DNA of 60,899 nucleotides from Candidatus Midichloria sp. (GTDB lineage Bacteria; Pseudomonadota; Alphaproteobacteria; Rickettsiales; Midichloriaceae): NCBI GenBank assembly GCA_030073355.1, contig JALDTH010000001.1, positions 1 to 60,899 of the forward strand, read 5' to 3'. Shown piece by piece: positions 30,140 to 41,402 of this stretch (position 1 is its first letter; each line of letters starts with the position of its first letter). The notes under the pieces were generated by a model. It saw only the letters and a program-made list of their open reading frames with translations, ran no database searches and was not told where the DNA came from. The position numbers and the translations under genes were made by a program.

Positions 30140-32269
30140 ATCGAATTATTTAAAGAATTTATCATTTCTAAAGTTAATTGGTAAATCTCATCGACGTCAA
30201 AAGCAAGCTTATTTTTATCTTTTATCTTTTGTACTTTTGAAATATTAGATAGTAACTGTATAGATTTGTAGTATTTATCATTTGTTGGGATTCTAGGTTT
30301 GAAGTCTTCATATAAAGCTTCTAACAATTCATATTCTCTTAAGTTAAGATATGAAATCATTTGCTTTAATATGCGCTCAACTTCTTTGGCATTTAAAGTA
30401 AACTCTTTGTTTCTTATTGAATGTATATAAGGCTCTGAAAAGTCATTAAAAGAGCTCCAATCTTTCTTTTGTCAAAAGATTTCACTTTTAATTTCGTCAG
30501 ATTGATGACTTGTGTCATCTTTGAGCAAAGTAAGTACATCTAATTTTTGCAAGGCTTTGGCAACTATATACTTTCTCTCTCTTTTCATGAATTCTGGTAA
30601 GTGAAAATTCGGAGACTTAAAATTCATGATGTTAATAGCATTAGCTGGCTGGAGATTTTTAATATATGCTGAAGCTAATTTATTGATTGCGCGTTCTTTT
30701 TTAATTATTTTGAATTTTATATTCAAATGTTATAAATCCTATCTCGGCAAGCATTTGGTCTGTGTAATACTGAAGAAAATTATTGTTCAGATTGGTAAAA
30801 ACCCTTAAGGTATTTGAAAGGGCAACATATTGGTAGTTTTCAGCATTACTGTAACTAATGAGTGACTGCCAAAATTTGAATTCCTCTCAGTGTATCCGTC
30901 GGCACATCTTCAATATCAAAGTTTTGAATTTCATATAGCGCTTTTTTATGGTTTCTAGTGAAAAATTCAAGAGCTGCTAACAATGTAATCACCTGATATT
31001 TCTTGTTTAGCATTTTGTCTTCTTTACGGACTAAGTTCAGTACGGCCTTGGCCTCATTATAAAAACCATGGGCCAAGTAAAACATAGTTAACTCAAGCCG
31101 TGCGCGAGACTTAAAAGATGGTTTAGCTGTTATAATCTTTTTAATCAATTTTCTTTTTAATCAATTTATCTTCTGTATTAATAAAAGGCTCTTTTCCAGA
31201 TTGGAAATACTTTTGATTTAGAATAGCCTTTTCTGAGGACCTCATTAGGTTATAAGATTTATTATGCTGAGCTAAGTAAATTTCGGGTGCTATATTGAGA
31301 CCAGATTTTTTAGTTATTGAAAAAGATTTATTACCCAGTGGGTTGAAGGTAACCCAATCAGATATTTTCTCTATAACCACCCCTTGTATGGTGTCTAGTA
31401 TATTGAGGTCAATGAATTCTCTTTTGATTAGTGTTGCGATATTACTATTATGAAGGGGCACTACACTGATGTTTTGATGGGTAAATGGATCTACAAAATC
31501 TATGGTGCCATAAAATCTTTCTCCTGTTCTGATTGCTAGATAAGGATAAATGTTATTAAACTTTGTGCTAACTTTAATACTCTTTAATTTTTCAAAGCGA
31601 TGTGCAATTTCAATGATCCAGCTATTATCTTGTTATGGGCTGCGATAATCGTACTTTAAATTTCTTCAGGGAGTTTTACATCAGAGATTATAAAGGTATT
31701 GTTATTGTTAATTTTCCTTTGCATCATGTTGGAAATTTTGATGTAATCCTGAGCCTTAGGGTTAATGAACTGTTGAGTGTTATCAATAAACTGTATATTA
31801 AAAATTTGTCAAAGATGATCCATAATTTTCCGTTATTAATAAAAGCCACTGTCTTTACAGGTTGATCCCATAAAAAGGTTGTAGTAGTTCTTGATAAATT
31901 TTGTTCGATTTTTGCAACTGTTGAAGTGGTTTGTGCAAATTTAGGAGTTTAATATCTTAGGGCCATCACTTAAGCTTTTAGTAAATTGCTCTAATTACTA
32001 TAGGTAATATTGCTTTCGGTTTATTGTTTGTGTTTGTAGCAGAATTTGCAGAATTTGTTTTTATAACATTCTTAGGACCCTTTTGAGTAGTGAGGTGCGG
32101 TTTTATATTTGTGGGTGCCCTATCTTTTAGTTGTGTAATTAATTTATCCATCAATGCCTGTTTTCGCTTTAAAATTGAAATTGGCTCCTCTCCTTGGGCT
32201 AATAATAGTGGAAAACATGGCGAATAAAAGATAGGTTATTATAAAGAAATAGCCAATTTGTTTATACAT
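30136..32269 (-). pseudogene. Large exported TPR-like alphaproteobacterial protein, fragmented
   Basis: Consecutive minus-strand fragments: signal-like start at 32269, WDQPVKTVAFINNGKLWIIFDK, LDTIQGVVI, ARLEL..FYLAHGFYNEAK. Confidence 0.6.
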
Positions 32270-32399
32270 TTATGGGTAATTTATAAATATTGCAAAAATA
32301 AGAGTAGCAAAAAAAGAATTTAAAGCAACTTTAAGTTTATAAAGAATTGCTTTGGCGCTAAAAATACCTAAAATGCGAGTGTGGGTTTTGGTAAATAAC

Positions 32400-33035
32400 A
32401 TGATAAATAAAGAGATTTTGATTAACAGATTGAAATGTAGGCTAAAAATAGTAGGATATTCCATTATATTAATTTTTGTTTTTTTATTTCTCGGGTTTTT
32501 TTATTTTAGATTTCATATAAAAAACTTTAACGAGCAAAATCCTTCATGTGATAACTGCCAAACTATCGTAGTAATTACAGGGGGCGGCAAGAGGATTCAA
32601 ACTGCAATAGACCTGTTTAATCGGGGATGCGGCAAAACTTTTTTAATTTCTGGGGTCAACTCGACATTTAATAAAAGCTATTTAAAAAAATCTATTCCTA
32701 ACAGTAAAATTGACAGGGTATTCTTGGGGTATGAGGCAAATAATACTGAAAGTAATGCCAAAGAGACATTAGTTTTTTTAACCATACATGAAATTGAGCG
32801 GGTGCTGTTAGTAACAAACGCTTATCATATGCCAAGGGCAAAGTTTTTGTTTGAAAATTATATAGTTGCAAAAAATATCAGCATATATGCTGTGGAGTCT
32901 GATGAAGATTTGTTAACTGAAGTAATTGAGTATATAAAATTTGTAGGGACTTATGCTGTATATAAATTCGAAGCTATTAACAAGGCGTGTCTAAACTATT
33001 TATATGCTAAGGTCTCTTTTTGGAAGAATCTTTAA
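32400..33035 (+). CDS. YdcF/DUF218 family protein
   Basis: IVVITGG..RI, LISGV, A.NT.SNA.E, LVTNAYHMPRA; ATG at 32400 preferred over the upstream TTG. Confidence 0.85.
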   Translation: MINKEILINRLKCRLKIVGYSIILIFVFLFLGFFYFRFHIKNFNEQNPSCDNCQTIVVITGGGKRIQTAIDLFNRGCGKTFLISGVNSTFNKSYLKKSIPNSKIDRVFLGYEANNTESNAKETLVFLTIHEIERVLLVTNAYHMPRAKFLFENYIVAKNISIYAVESDEDLLTEVIEYIKFVGTYAVYKFEAINKACLNYLYAKVSFWKNL

Positions 33036-34202
33036 TAGCACTTCAGCTGCTATTTGGCTTGGCTTAGTAACATTATCCACTTTTAGTTTTTGAATTATTT
33101 CATTTAGTTGATCAACTTGCTTTTCTCCTTCTTCAAGTAATTTACTCATCTCTTTAAATAGATTATCAGCAGTAAAATTTTCTTGAATTAATTCTGGAAT
33201 AATCACTTTATCAGCCATTAGGTTTAATATGCTGATATATCTTATTTTTATTTTCTTCCTTATTAGCCACGCGGTTATTTTAGAAACCTTATAAAATATT
33301 AACATCGGTACCTTGAGAAGTGCGCATTCAATTGCGACCGTTCCTGATTTGATAAAAGCAGCATTGCTAGCATATAGCAACGCTCTTTTTTCTTCGGTGT
33401 CTGTTTTTAATAGAATATGTTCTCTAAATTGATAAGGGCACAGAATTTCTTGGTATATATGTAAAAGATGAGGGAAGGTTGGAATAATAAAATAAATACC
33501 ATGACCATGATACTGGCTAATTAACCTAGAGACAGCTTCTAGCAATACTTTTAAATGATGCTTGATTTCTTGCTCTCTACTTCCTGGAGTTATAGTTATT
33601 AGTCGATCCTGTTTGTTGAATCCAAATTTTTTCTTTATTTCTTCCTTACTTGAGATAATTTCTTCATCTTCTAAGACAGGATGCCCAACGTAAGTGCAGG
33701 GGAGGTGCACTTCATCGAAATACTTTTTTTCGAATGGCAGTATAGAAAATATATGATCATATAAATCGGCAAATTTTTTAGCTCTTTCAGGTCCGTATGC
33801 CCAAACAGTAGGTGCAACATACTGCACTATAGGGAAAGCAACTTGTTGCTTTCTTAATTTTTTAACTAACCGAAGATTAAAGCCTGGGGAATCCACGGTA
33901 ATTAAGATATCAGGATTATAAGATTTAATCCATCTTGCTGTTTGAAACAGCCGGATTAATATTAGGGGAAGATTAGCTATTCCTTCAAAATATCCCATAA
34001 TGGAAAGATTTTTCATTAGAAAGATCGTTTTAAAGCCCCTTTTAATCATATTCTCTCCTCCGACACCTTGGGCATCTAAAGAGATCTTTTGCTGTAATTG
34101 ATTTAAAAGCTTTGCAGCGATTAAGTCACCTGATGATTCACCGGCTATTATAGCTATTTTATAACGATTTCCTACTCCATCCTTGATTTCTGTCTTTGCC
34201 AT
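33000..34202 (-). CDS. lpxB: Lipid-A-disaccharide synthase
   Basis: AGESSGD, VDSPGFN, YVAPTVWA, ILPFE, YVGHP, PGSR, SGT. Confidence 0.95.
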   Translation of the reverse strand: MAKTEIKDGVGNRYKIAIIAGESSGDLIAAKLLNQLQQKISLDAQGVGGENMIKRGFKTIFLMKNLSIMGYFEGIANLPLILIRLFQTARWIKSYNPDILITVDSPGFNLRLVKKLRKQQVAFPIVQYVAPTVWAYGPERAKKFADLYDHIFSILPFEKKYFDEVHLPCTYVGHPVLEDEEIISSKEEIKKKFGFNKQDRLITITPGSREQEIKHHLKVLLEAVSRLISQYHGHGIYFIIPTFPHLLHIYQEILCPYQFREHILLKTDTEEKRALLYASNAAFIKSGTVAIECALLKVPMLIFYKVSKITAWLIRKKIKIRYISILNLMADKVIIPELIQENFTADNLFKEMSKLLEEGEKQVDQLNEIIQKLKVDNVTKPSQIAAEVLLKILPKRDLSI

Positions 34203-34636
34203 TCCCTCTCTTTAATTGTTTCACGTTTATAATAATTTTTCTTACCTTTGCCTAGGCCTAGTGCTACTTTAACTTTACTTTTTTTGTTGAAATAGATAGC
34301 AATAGGTACAAGAGTATACCCTCTTCTTTTGATGAGCCCGATAAGTTTTCGAATTTCGTTAGCGTGAAGTAGAAGCTTTCTAGACCTTTTTGGATAATGA
34401 TTATATCGATTAGCTTCTGTATATTCTGGAATGCTAGCGTTAAATAAGAAAATTTCTCCGTCAGTTTCATCAGCATGAGCTTCTACTATATTGACTTTGC
34501 CACGCCTTAGAGATTTCACCTCAGTTCCTGTAAGAACGATCCCGGCTTCATAAATGTCTTCTATGAAATAATCATAGTAAGCTCGATTATTTTGTGAAAT
34601 ATTCTTTAAAATGTTTTTTTCGTAAAGATTACTCAT
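34172..34636 (-). CDS. smpB: SsrA-binding protein
   Basis: EAGIVLTGTEVKSLR, RKLLLH, GYTLVP, GKGKK..KRETIKER. Confidence 0.96.
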   Translation of the reverse strand: MSNLYEKNILKNISQNNRAYYDYFIEDIYEAGIVLTGTEVKSLRRGKVNIVEAHADETDGEIFLFNASIPEYTEANRYNHYPKRSRKLLLHANEIRKLIGLIKRRGYTLVPIAIYFNKKSKVKVALGLGKGKKNYYKRETIKEREWQRQKSRME

Positions 34637-35469
34637 AAATTTATAGGATACTTTTTAGCGATTTGGTCGAACTCAATTAATTCAGTCAATAACTCTTCTA
34701 ATTCAGATAAGGGTAGCATACAAGGACCATCGCTAGGTGCTCTATCAGGATTTAGATGAGTTTCAATAAATATGCCAGCAATGCCAGTCGCGACAGCAGC
34801 TCTTGCAAGAGGTTTAATGAATTCTCTTTGACCTCCGCTACTCAAGCCAAGGCCTTCAGGTTGTTGTACGGAATGAGTGGCATCAAATATAACTGGATAG
34901 CCAGTTTTAGCCATAATTGGAAGCGCTCGCATATCGTTTACTAGGTTGTTATAGCCAAAAGAAACTCCTCTTTCTGTTAGTAGAATATTCTGGTTCCCAG
35001 TTGAAGCGACTTTATCTGCTGCATTTCTCATGTTCTGAGGCGCTAAGAACTGGCCTTTTTTAATATTTACAGCTTTGCCTGTGTGTCCCGCTGCAATTAA
35101 TAAATCGGTTTGCCGGCAAAGAAATGCTGGGATTTGTAAGATATCTACATACTCTGACACAATCTTGCATTGCTCTGGAAGATGTACATCAGTAAGGATA
35201 GGGCATTTTATTTGTTTTTTTATTTCTGCGAAAATCTCCAATGCTTTTTCTAACCCAATACCTCTTTGGCCTTCAATAGAAGTTCTATTAGCTTTATCAA
35301 ATGAACTTTTGTATATATAATTAATACCTAATTTTTTGGTTATCTCTGCGATAGTATATGCAGTTTCTAATGCATGTTCTTTGGACTCTATTTGGCAAGG
35401 TCCAGAGATTAAAAGAAAAGGTAAATTATTGGCGATTCTTACCTCGTTAATTTCTATAATTTTATGCAT
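34633..35469 (-). CDS. kdsA: KDO 8-phosphate synthase
   Basis: GPCQIES, KSSFDKANRTS, IPAFLCRQTDL, FDATHSVQQP, APSDG. Confidence 0.96.
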   Translation of the reverse strand: MHKIIEINEVRIANNLPFLLISGPCQIESKEHALETAYTIAEITKKLGINYIYKSSFDKANRTSIEGQRGIGLEKALEIFAEIKKQIKCPILTDVHLPEQCKIVSEYVDILQIPAFLCRQTDLLIAAGHTGKAVNIKKGQFLAPQNMRNAADKVASTGNQNILLTERGVSFGYNNLVNDMRALPIMAKTGYPVIFDATHSVQQPEGLGLSSGGQREFIKPLARAAVATGIAGIFIETHLNPDRAPSDGPCMLPLSELEELLTELIEFDQIAKKYPINL

Positions 35470-35552
35470 TTTTTTGAGAATTTTTCTTCCTTTATATTAT
35501 ATAATTCATAGTATCTCAATAAATATGCTTTAACTTGACGAAGGAATAAAGA

Positions 35553-36842
35553 ATGAAACTGCCGCATTGGCCTATACCCTACGGTAAAAAAGCTATAGAT
35601 TTAGGCTTGAGTAGAATTAAAGAGATACTTGCTAAAATAGGTAATCCACATTTGAAGCTGCCCCCAGTGGTTCATGTGGCTGGCACTAACGGTAAGGGCT
35701 CAACTATTGCTTATCTAAAGGCTATACTAGAAGCTGCAGGTTATAAAGTTCATCGATATATTTCTCCACATTTGGTGAGATTTAATGAGCGCATTACACT
35801 TGCTGGCCAAGAAATAGAGGATAATTTCCTAACGAAAATAATAGAAGAATGTCGAATTGCTTCAGGTGATATGCCATTAACCTTTTTTGAAGGCATAACA
35901 GCGGCAGCTTTTTTAGCATTTTCAAGAGTGCAGGCTGATATACTGCTGCTAGAAACCGGCTTAGGAGGAGGATTAGATGCAACTAATGTTATGGATAGCC
36001 CCTTAATGTCGATTATTACACCTATCTCATTAGATCATGTAGAATACTTAGGAAACACTATTGCGCTTATTGCCAAAGAAAAAGCAGGAATTATAAAAAA
36101 GAATTCTAAGTGTGTCCTAAGCTGGCAACTCTCTGAAGCGATGGAAGTTTTGGTACAAGAATGTGAGGGGATAGGCGCTAATTATTATGCTTGGGGTAAA
36201 CATTGGGATTTTGCTAGCGCCCAGAATCGCTTTTTATTTAAGAGTAATAAACGTACTACTTTAGAATTTCCGATGCCTTCTCTTTATGGCTTGCACCAAA
36301 TAGTCAATGCGGCAACTGCTATTGCGGCTATTGACTGCTTAGAGAGCTTTAATATTAGTAAACAACATATAGACTACGGGTTAACTCACACTTTCTGGCC
36401 AGCAAGGCTGCAAAAAATTACTTCAGGCGCCCTGTTTGATATGTTAGAGAGTGAATCTGAAATGTGGTTGGACGGCGCACATAACGTGGGAGGAGCGCAA
36501 ATGCTTATAGCGAGTATTGAAAATATGCCGGAAAAACTACCTTTATATTTGATAAATGGGTGGTCAAAAGATAGAGATATCGCCGGATTTTTAGAATATT
36601 TCATTGGCAAAACAGAGTTCTTTTGTGCAACTCATATTAAATCTGAGCCGCTTAGCGAAAGCTCTTACAATATCTATCAAGTTGCAGTCGAAATGGGTTT
36701 TAATGCTGAATGTTCTGAGTCAATCAAGGAAGCAGTTGAGAAATGTTTAGTGCATGCTAAGGGAAAAAGAATTAGAATATTGATTTGTGGTTCTTTATAT
36801 CTGTCAGGCGATGTTTTGGCAGTAAATCAAGGTATGATTTGA
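35553..36842 (+). CDS. folC: Folylpolyglutamate synthase / dihydrofolate synthase
   Basis: HVAGTNGKGS, SPHLVRFNERI, ETGLGG.LDATN, LDGAHN, CGSLYL. Confidence 0.94.
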   Translation: MKLPHWPIPYGKKAIDLGLSRIKEILAKIGNPHLKLPPVVHVAGTNGKGSTIAYLKAILEAAGYKVHRYISPHLVRFNERITLAGQEIEDNFLTKIIEECRIASGDMPLTFFEGITAAAFLAFSRVQADILLLETGLGGGLDATNVMDSPLMSIITPISLDHVEYLGNTIALIAKEKAGIIKKNSKCVLSWQLSEAMEVLVQECEGIGANYYAWGKHWDFASAQNRFLFKSNKRTTLEFPMPSLYGLHQIVNAATAIAAIDCLESFNISKQHIDYGLTHTFWPARLQKITSGALFDMLESESEMWLDGAHNVGGAQMLIASIENMPEKLPLYLINGWSKDRDIAGFLEYFIGKTEFFCATHIKSEPLSESSYNIYQVAVEMGFNAECSESIKEAVEKCLVHAKGKRIRILICGSLYLSGDVLAVNQGMI

Positions 36843-36912
36843 CTTTACTGCTTGACCAATATTTATTATACAGCGAAACTAACTAAATGGATCATTTGAA
36901 TAGGATATAGAA

Positions 36913-38343
36913 ATGAAAGATGCAAAGAAAATAGTTGTCGCCAAAGGCGATGGAATAGGGCCTGAGATTATGGAATCAGTACTAGAGGTACTTAAGTTTG
37001 CTGGAGCGAGGCTTAATTTTGAGTTTATTGAAATAGGTGAAAATCTTTTATACTCAAGGAATTTCAACAGGGATATCCAAAGAGGCGTGGAATGGCTATT
37101 AAAGAGCATAAAATTTTGTTGAAAGCGCCAATTGCTACTCCTCAAGGCAAAGGATATAAAAGTTTAAATGTGACCTTTAGAAAGGTGTTAAGTTTGTTCG
37201 CAAATGTTAGGCCAGTTGTATCTTTTCAGCCATTCGTTAGCGGTCCTGATAATAAAATTGATATGGTGATTGTAAGAAAAATGAAGAGGATTTATATGCA
37301 GGTATTGAGTATCGTTCAACAGAAAGCAGTTATCTATCGCTTAAACTAATTTCTAAAGCGGGATGCGAAAGAATCATCAGGTACGCATTTGAATATGCAA
37401 AAGTAAACAAAAGATCAAAAATCACCTGTGTTGTTAAGGACAATATAATGAAGATTACTGATGGCCTTTTTCATAATGTTTTTAAAGAGGTTGCTAAGGA
37501 ATATGAAGGCATTACTGCTAATAGCTGTATAGTTGCTGCAAGGATTGCAAAAAAGCCTCAGCTGTTTGATGTGATTGTAACTTTGAATCTGTATGGTGAT
37601 ATTTTATCTGATATAGCTGCAGAAGTATCTGGTTCAGTTGGGCTGGCTGGAAGCGCTAATATTGGGTCAGAATATGCGATGTTTGAAGCAGTACATGGCT
37701 CAGCACCTATCGCAGGGCAAAATATTGCTAATCCTTCTGGGCTTTTAAATGCCGCTATCTTGATGTTGAATCATATAGGCCAACAAGATATTGCGGCTAG
37801 AATTCAAAATGCTTGGCTCAAAACTATTGAAGATGGTATGCATACAGTTGATATATTTAATTCGGCAAGCAAGCAGAAGCTTTCTACCAAGGAATTCACA
37901 GAGCTTGTAATTAAAATTTGGGTGCTATCCCAACTCAGCTTAAAGCTATAGAGGCCAAATCTTCAGAAAAAATCAGTGTACAGATAACGCCAGTAAGGCA
38001 GGTTAATAAGGAAATGGTCAGGGTTGATATTTACTTGATGGATCATCAAAGATCAGTTGAAGAAGTTGCCGAAATTTTTAAATCTAATAGCTTAAACTTA
38101 GCCTTAAGGAGTATAGCACAAAGGGGGTTGCTTGTGTGGCCTATTGCCGTGCCGAAGCTGAAGAGGTTAGTAATAATATGATGAGATTAAGGTTTTTAGG
38201 GAAAGATGGTGTGAAGTTATCTTCAAAAGATATTCCGGACTTATTGAATGTGGTTTTGCATAATGGTTTAGAAGTAGCATTACTGCATAGTTTGTATAAT
38301 TATGACGGTATTGATGATTTTTTCCAAAGCGCAAGGGGAATAA
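36913..38343 (+). pseudogene. icd: NADP isocitrate dehydrogenase (long rickettsial type), frameshifted
   Basis: GDGIGPEIM, LKAPI.TPQGKGYKSLNV, NLYGDILSD and MFEAVHGSAP in separate fragments; original end SKAQGE* at 38341..38343. Confidence 0.94.
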
Positions 38344-38406
38344 TTTGTGCATATACCTAATAAATGAAGAATTGAAAAGCGGCGTCTGTTAAGAGATGAT
38401 CTACCA

Positions 38407-38494
38407 AAAGGCTAGTTTGCTTTATTGCGCCTTCCGCCCCTTTGCAAGATTCGCTTGCAAAGCAGGCTATGCTTTTCCGTTGCAAACTCGCTTT
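38407..38494. repeat. 88-bp palindromic intergenic element
   Basis: Outer arms AAAGGCTAGTTTGC / GCAAACTCGCTTT; central perfect stem CTTTGCAAG-attcg-CTTGCAAAG (38440..38462). Confidence 0.7.
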
Positions 38495-38904
38495 AGATAT
38501 AGATAAATCAAAAGCTTATTACGTAAATGATGAAATAATATAAAGTGTTGTTAATAGTTGTTGACATAAGCGGTTGTATTAATTACTGGAGGCGCTTAAA
38601 TGGCGCTATCTATGATTTCTCATCAATAAATAGCCCCAAATTTTTAAAGACTAGGTGAGTCTTGGCTAATGTGGGGAGTTATATTTTAGATTAATCTCTT
38701 AAAGTTAATAATTTATACGGAGCATAAATAAAGTGTTGGTTTAGTTAATAGTAGATTCAGTTGGGCTCAAGAATGATGGAGTTAGGTGAGTAACGAAAAT
38801 GAAGCCACACACGCTCGATTAAAGAGAAACTGCACATCTCGCCTATAAAACACTGACTTTTTATTTATTAAGCATACAAGAAACATGCTTTTGAGGAGTT
38901 TATT

Positions 38905-39489
38905 ATGAGTGATATTTTTGCGCCAGCGGTGAGTTACCAGGTTAGAAGGGATCCTATCCTTGAGTGTGATTGATATCAATGGTGATGGCAATCCCCAGAT
39001 GCGTTAACAGCAAATATTGATAATAATTCAGTTTTGTTTTACTATGCAACGGCAATGGTGACTTCACTTCAAGGCAAGATTATGAAGTTTTGGGTATGGC
39101 CCTCAAATATTGTCTCTGGCTGACGTGAATCTTGATGGTAAATTGGATATGGTAGTAGCTAGTTTCGGTAATTCTATTTCTATTCTTCTATGCAATGGTC
39201 AGGGCAGTTTTAGTAGTTATAAAAGCATAGATTTAGGTACGTATGCAATTGTTGCAACATATGTTAACCAATGATGGTAGAGCAGATAATAATTTTTGCT
39301 ACAAATCGAGGTGAGTATAATAAGGTTTATGTGCTGTTTAATATCTATCCACTAACAACTAATAACCACGCCGACCACTACTACACTAAGTCTACTACAA
39401 CCACTTTCTCGCTATGTACACCATTGTCTGCAGTCAAATCCCATATTTTTGGTGTTCTCACCTTAATTGGTACTATCAGCCTGAGTTAG
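38905..39489 (+). pseudogene. FG-GAP repeat protein remnant with Thr-rich segment
   Basis: GAGGAG RBS then MSDIFAPAVSY; IDINGDGNP, ADVNLDGKLDMVVA, SILLCNGQGSF, then ITTPTTTT across frames. Confidence 0.8.
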
Positions 39490-39597
39490 GGATAAAAATA
39501 GTTAAAAAAGAGGTATTGAATTATTTACTAGACATAGATCTATACTTAACGTTTTTGTACGCTCCTCTACTTTAATTACTTTTTATTGCCTTAAATC

Positions 39598-40004
39598 AGC
39601 TAAATCTTCTATTCAATTCTCTCCTTAATACAGAATTGATGAGGTCTTGAGGGTAGCCGTTTTCAGCAGGGTAATTTTTTGCTGCTTGGAAAGTGCCATC
39701 TCCGTTACCTAGCAGTATAGAAACTAAATTAGTCCCAGGACTGACAATATCTGTTTTGCCATTGCCATTAAGATCTGTTATGGCTAGACGCCTCTATTTG
39801 TATAGAAATTCATAACTTATTGCATTGCAGGTTGAAAAGTTCCATCACCGTTTCCCGATAAGATGAGATAGTTTGTGCATAAGGCTGAGTACAAGAGATG
39901 TCTGAATTACCATCACGATTAAAGTCGCTCACTACACTCTACTATAAACCCTGTTGAGGTTATAATGAACAGCAGGTGCAAAAATATTACTCCAATTTGT
40001 ACAT
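39598..40004 (-). pseudogene. FG-GAP repeat protein remnant
   Basis: SNIFAPAVHY, SDFNRDGNSD, GNGDGTFQPA, TDLNGNGKTDIV, VSILLGNGDGTFQAAKNY across frames. Confidence 0.8.
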
Positions 40005-40564
40005 AAGCCTCTTTAACACGCTTATTAAAGTAGATGAGAATGCAATTGTAGCCACAAATTTTCTGTAAATTATATTATCAGTTTGCCAATTAGAACCTTA
40101 AAGAGTTATATAGAGCTAAAGCAACGCTTTTTTCTCTACTTATTGAATTATCAGCTAAATTCTTTGATTAAAAGTTAAGGAGGTTTTAAACATTTTGTGA
40201 GTAAATATGAATTGTATGGTAGATTGATTTTATACGGCATCACTCATCTATTATTGATAGAGTTCGCTCCGATGTTTTAGTGCTAACGAACTTACTATGA
40301 GCATGACTAAAAAGCTTTAATCATGCCCAAGTTCTTTGCTCTTTACCGCTTGGCTTGGTAATTAGTTTCTTTTATTACTGGGGTTTATAGCTCACCAATT
40401 ACTGCTGGGTATGAGGTATATACTATAAAATACAGTTAGGAATTTTTCTAAGCACAACAGCCGCTTTGGAGCTATCTACTTGCTTGGTGTCGCCTTTTTT
40501 AATCCCAATTCCTACTGGTTTTGATAGCTGGTACTCAAGCTTAAGTATCCTTTTAGTATCAGGA

Positions 40565-40931
40565 CTATTGACCCAATTAATAATTCTTTTAGCATATTTT
40601 TAGATACATTTTTAATCACATATTCTGCTATTAATTGATCCATAGTAACTGCTTACTGCTTTTGATTTCTTCTCTAAAGCTGGTAGAAGTTCTTTATAGT
40701 CTTTCCCTATATATGATGTAGTTTTGATGTATGGCTGCCTGTTTTTTGATCGTGTTGTATGATATTGAAATCTTTAATAAAACTTTTTGTATACTCCTCA
40801 TTAATATCACACATTTTTACCGTATTGATTTGAGAAATGCCTAAATCTGTAGATTGGGGCTCTGCAGCAAAAGAGGAATGAATAGCAAAGCTTAAAGCTA
40901 AGATAGTAACTAGAAAAAATGTTTTATCATT
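40565..40931 (-). pseudogene. Decayed small exported hypothetical protein
   Basis: Signal-like FFLVTILALSFAIHSSFAAEP out of frame with the ATG, followed by stops; no family recognised; 3' boundary approximate. Confidence 0.35.
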
Positions 40932-40956
40932 TGTGAAGTCTCCTGTATCAACTATA

Positions 40957-41259
40957 TTATTTTACAGTATTAAGAGATTTTATTAAATCTCTGCTTGCTC
41001 TAAAGTAAAGGGAACCTTTATCTACTACCACTATTTTAGAATTAGTTCTAGGGTTTCTAACCGTTTTTCCCTCTCTTTTTCTAACTACCCAAGAGCCAAA
41101 TTTTCTTAATTCAACTCTATCCCCACAAACCAAAGCAGTTGTGATCTCGTTAAAAAATATATCAACAACTTTTTCAAGAAGGTCATTACCCAATTCCGGG
41201 TGTGACTTTTTCAAAGAATTAACTATTGATGCTTTTGTAAATAAACTATTACGCGCCAT
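40957..41259 (-). CDS. ihfB: Integration host factor beta / HU family
   Basis: GDRVELRKFGSW, RNPRT, YFRAS. Confidence 0.8.
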   Translation of the reverse strand: MARNSLFTKASIVNSLKKSHPELGNDLLEKVVDIFFNEITTALVCGDRVELRKFGSWVVRKREGKTVRNPRTNSKIVVVDKGSLYFRASRDLIKSLNTVK

Positions 41260-41402
41260 ATTCAACTAAAAGTACAAAAAATTCTAGACATAATAGAAAA
41301 CGATTGGTAAGATGTTTTCTACATAACAAATTTAGATATTAGCAAATATTTTTATTAAATCAATAATATATCGCCATAATTTTGTAATATTCTGACGTCA
41401 GG

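Noticed and set aside
40270-40610. Hydrophobic plus-strand fragments, possible transporter remnant
   Set aside because: Too degraded to assign and overlaps another decayed ORF.
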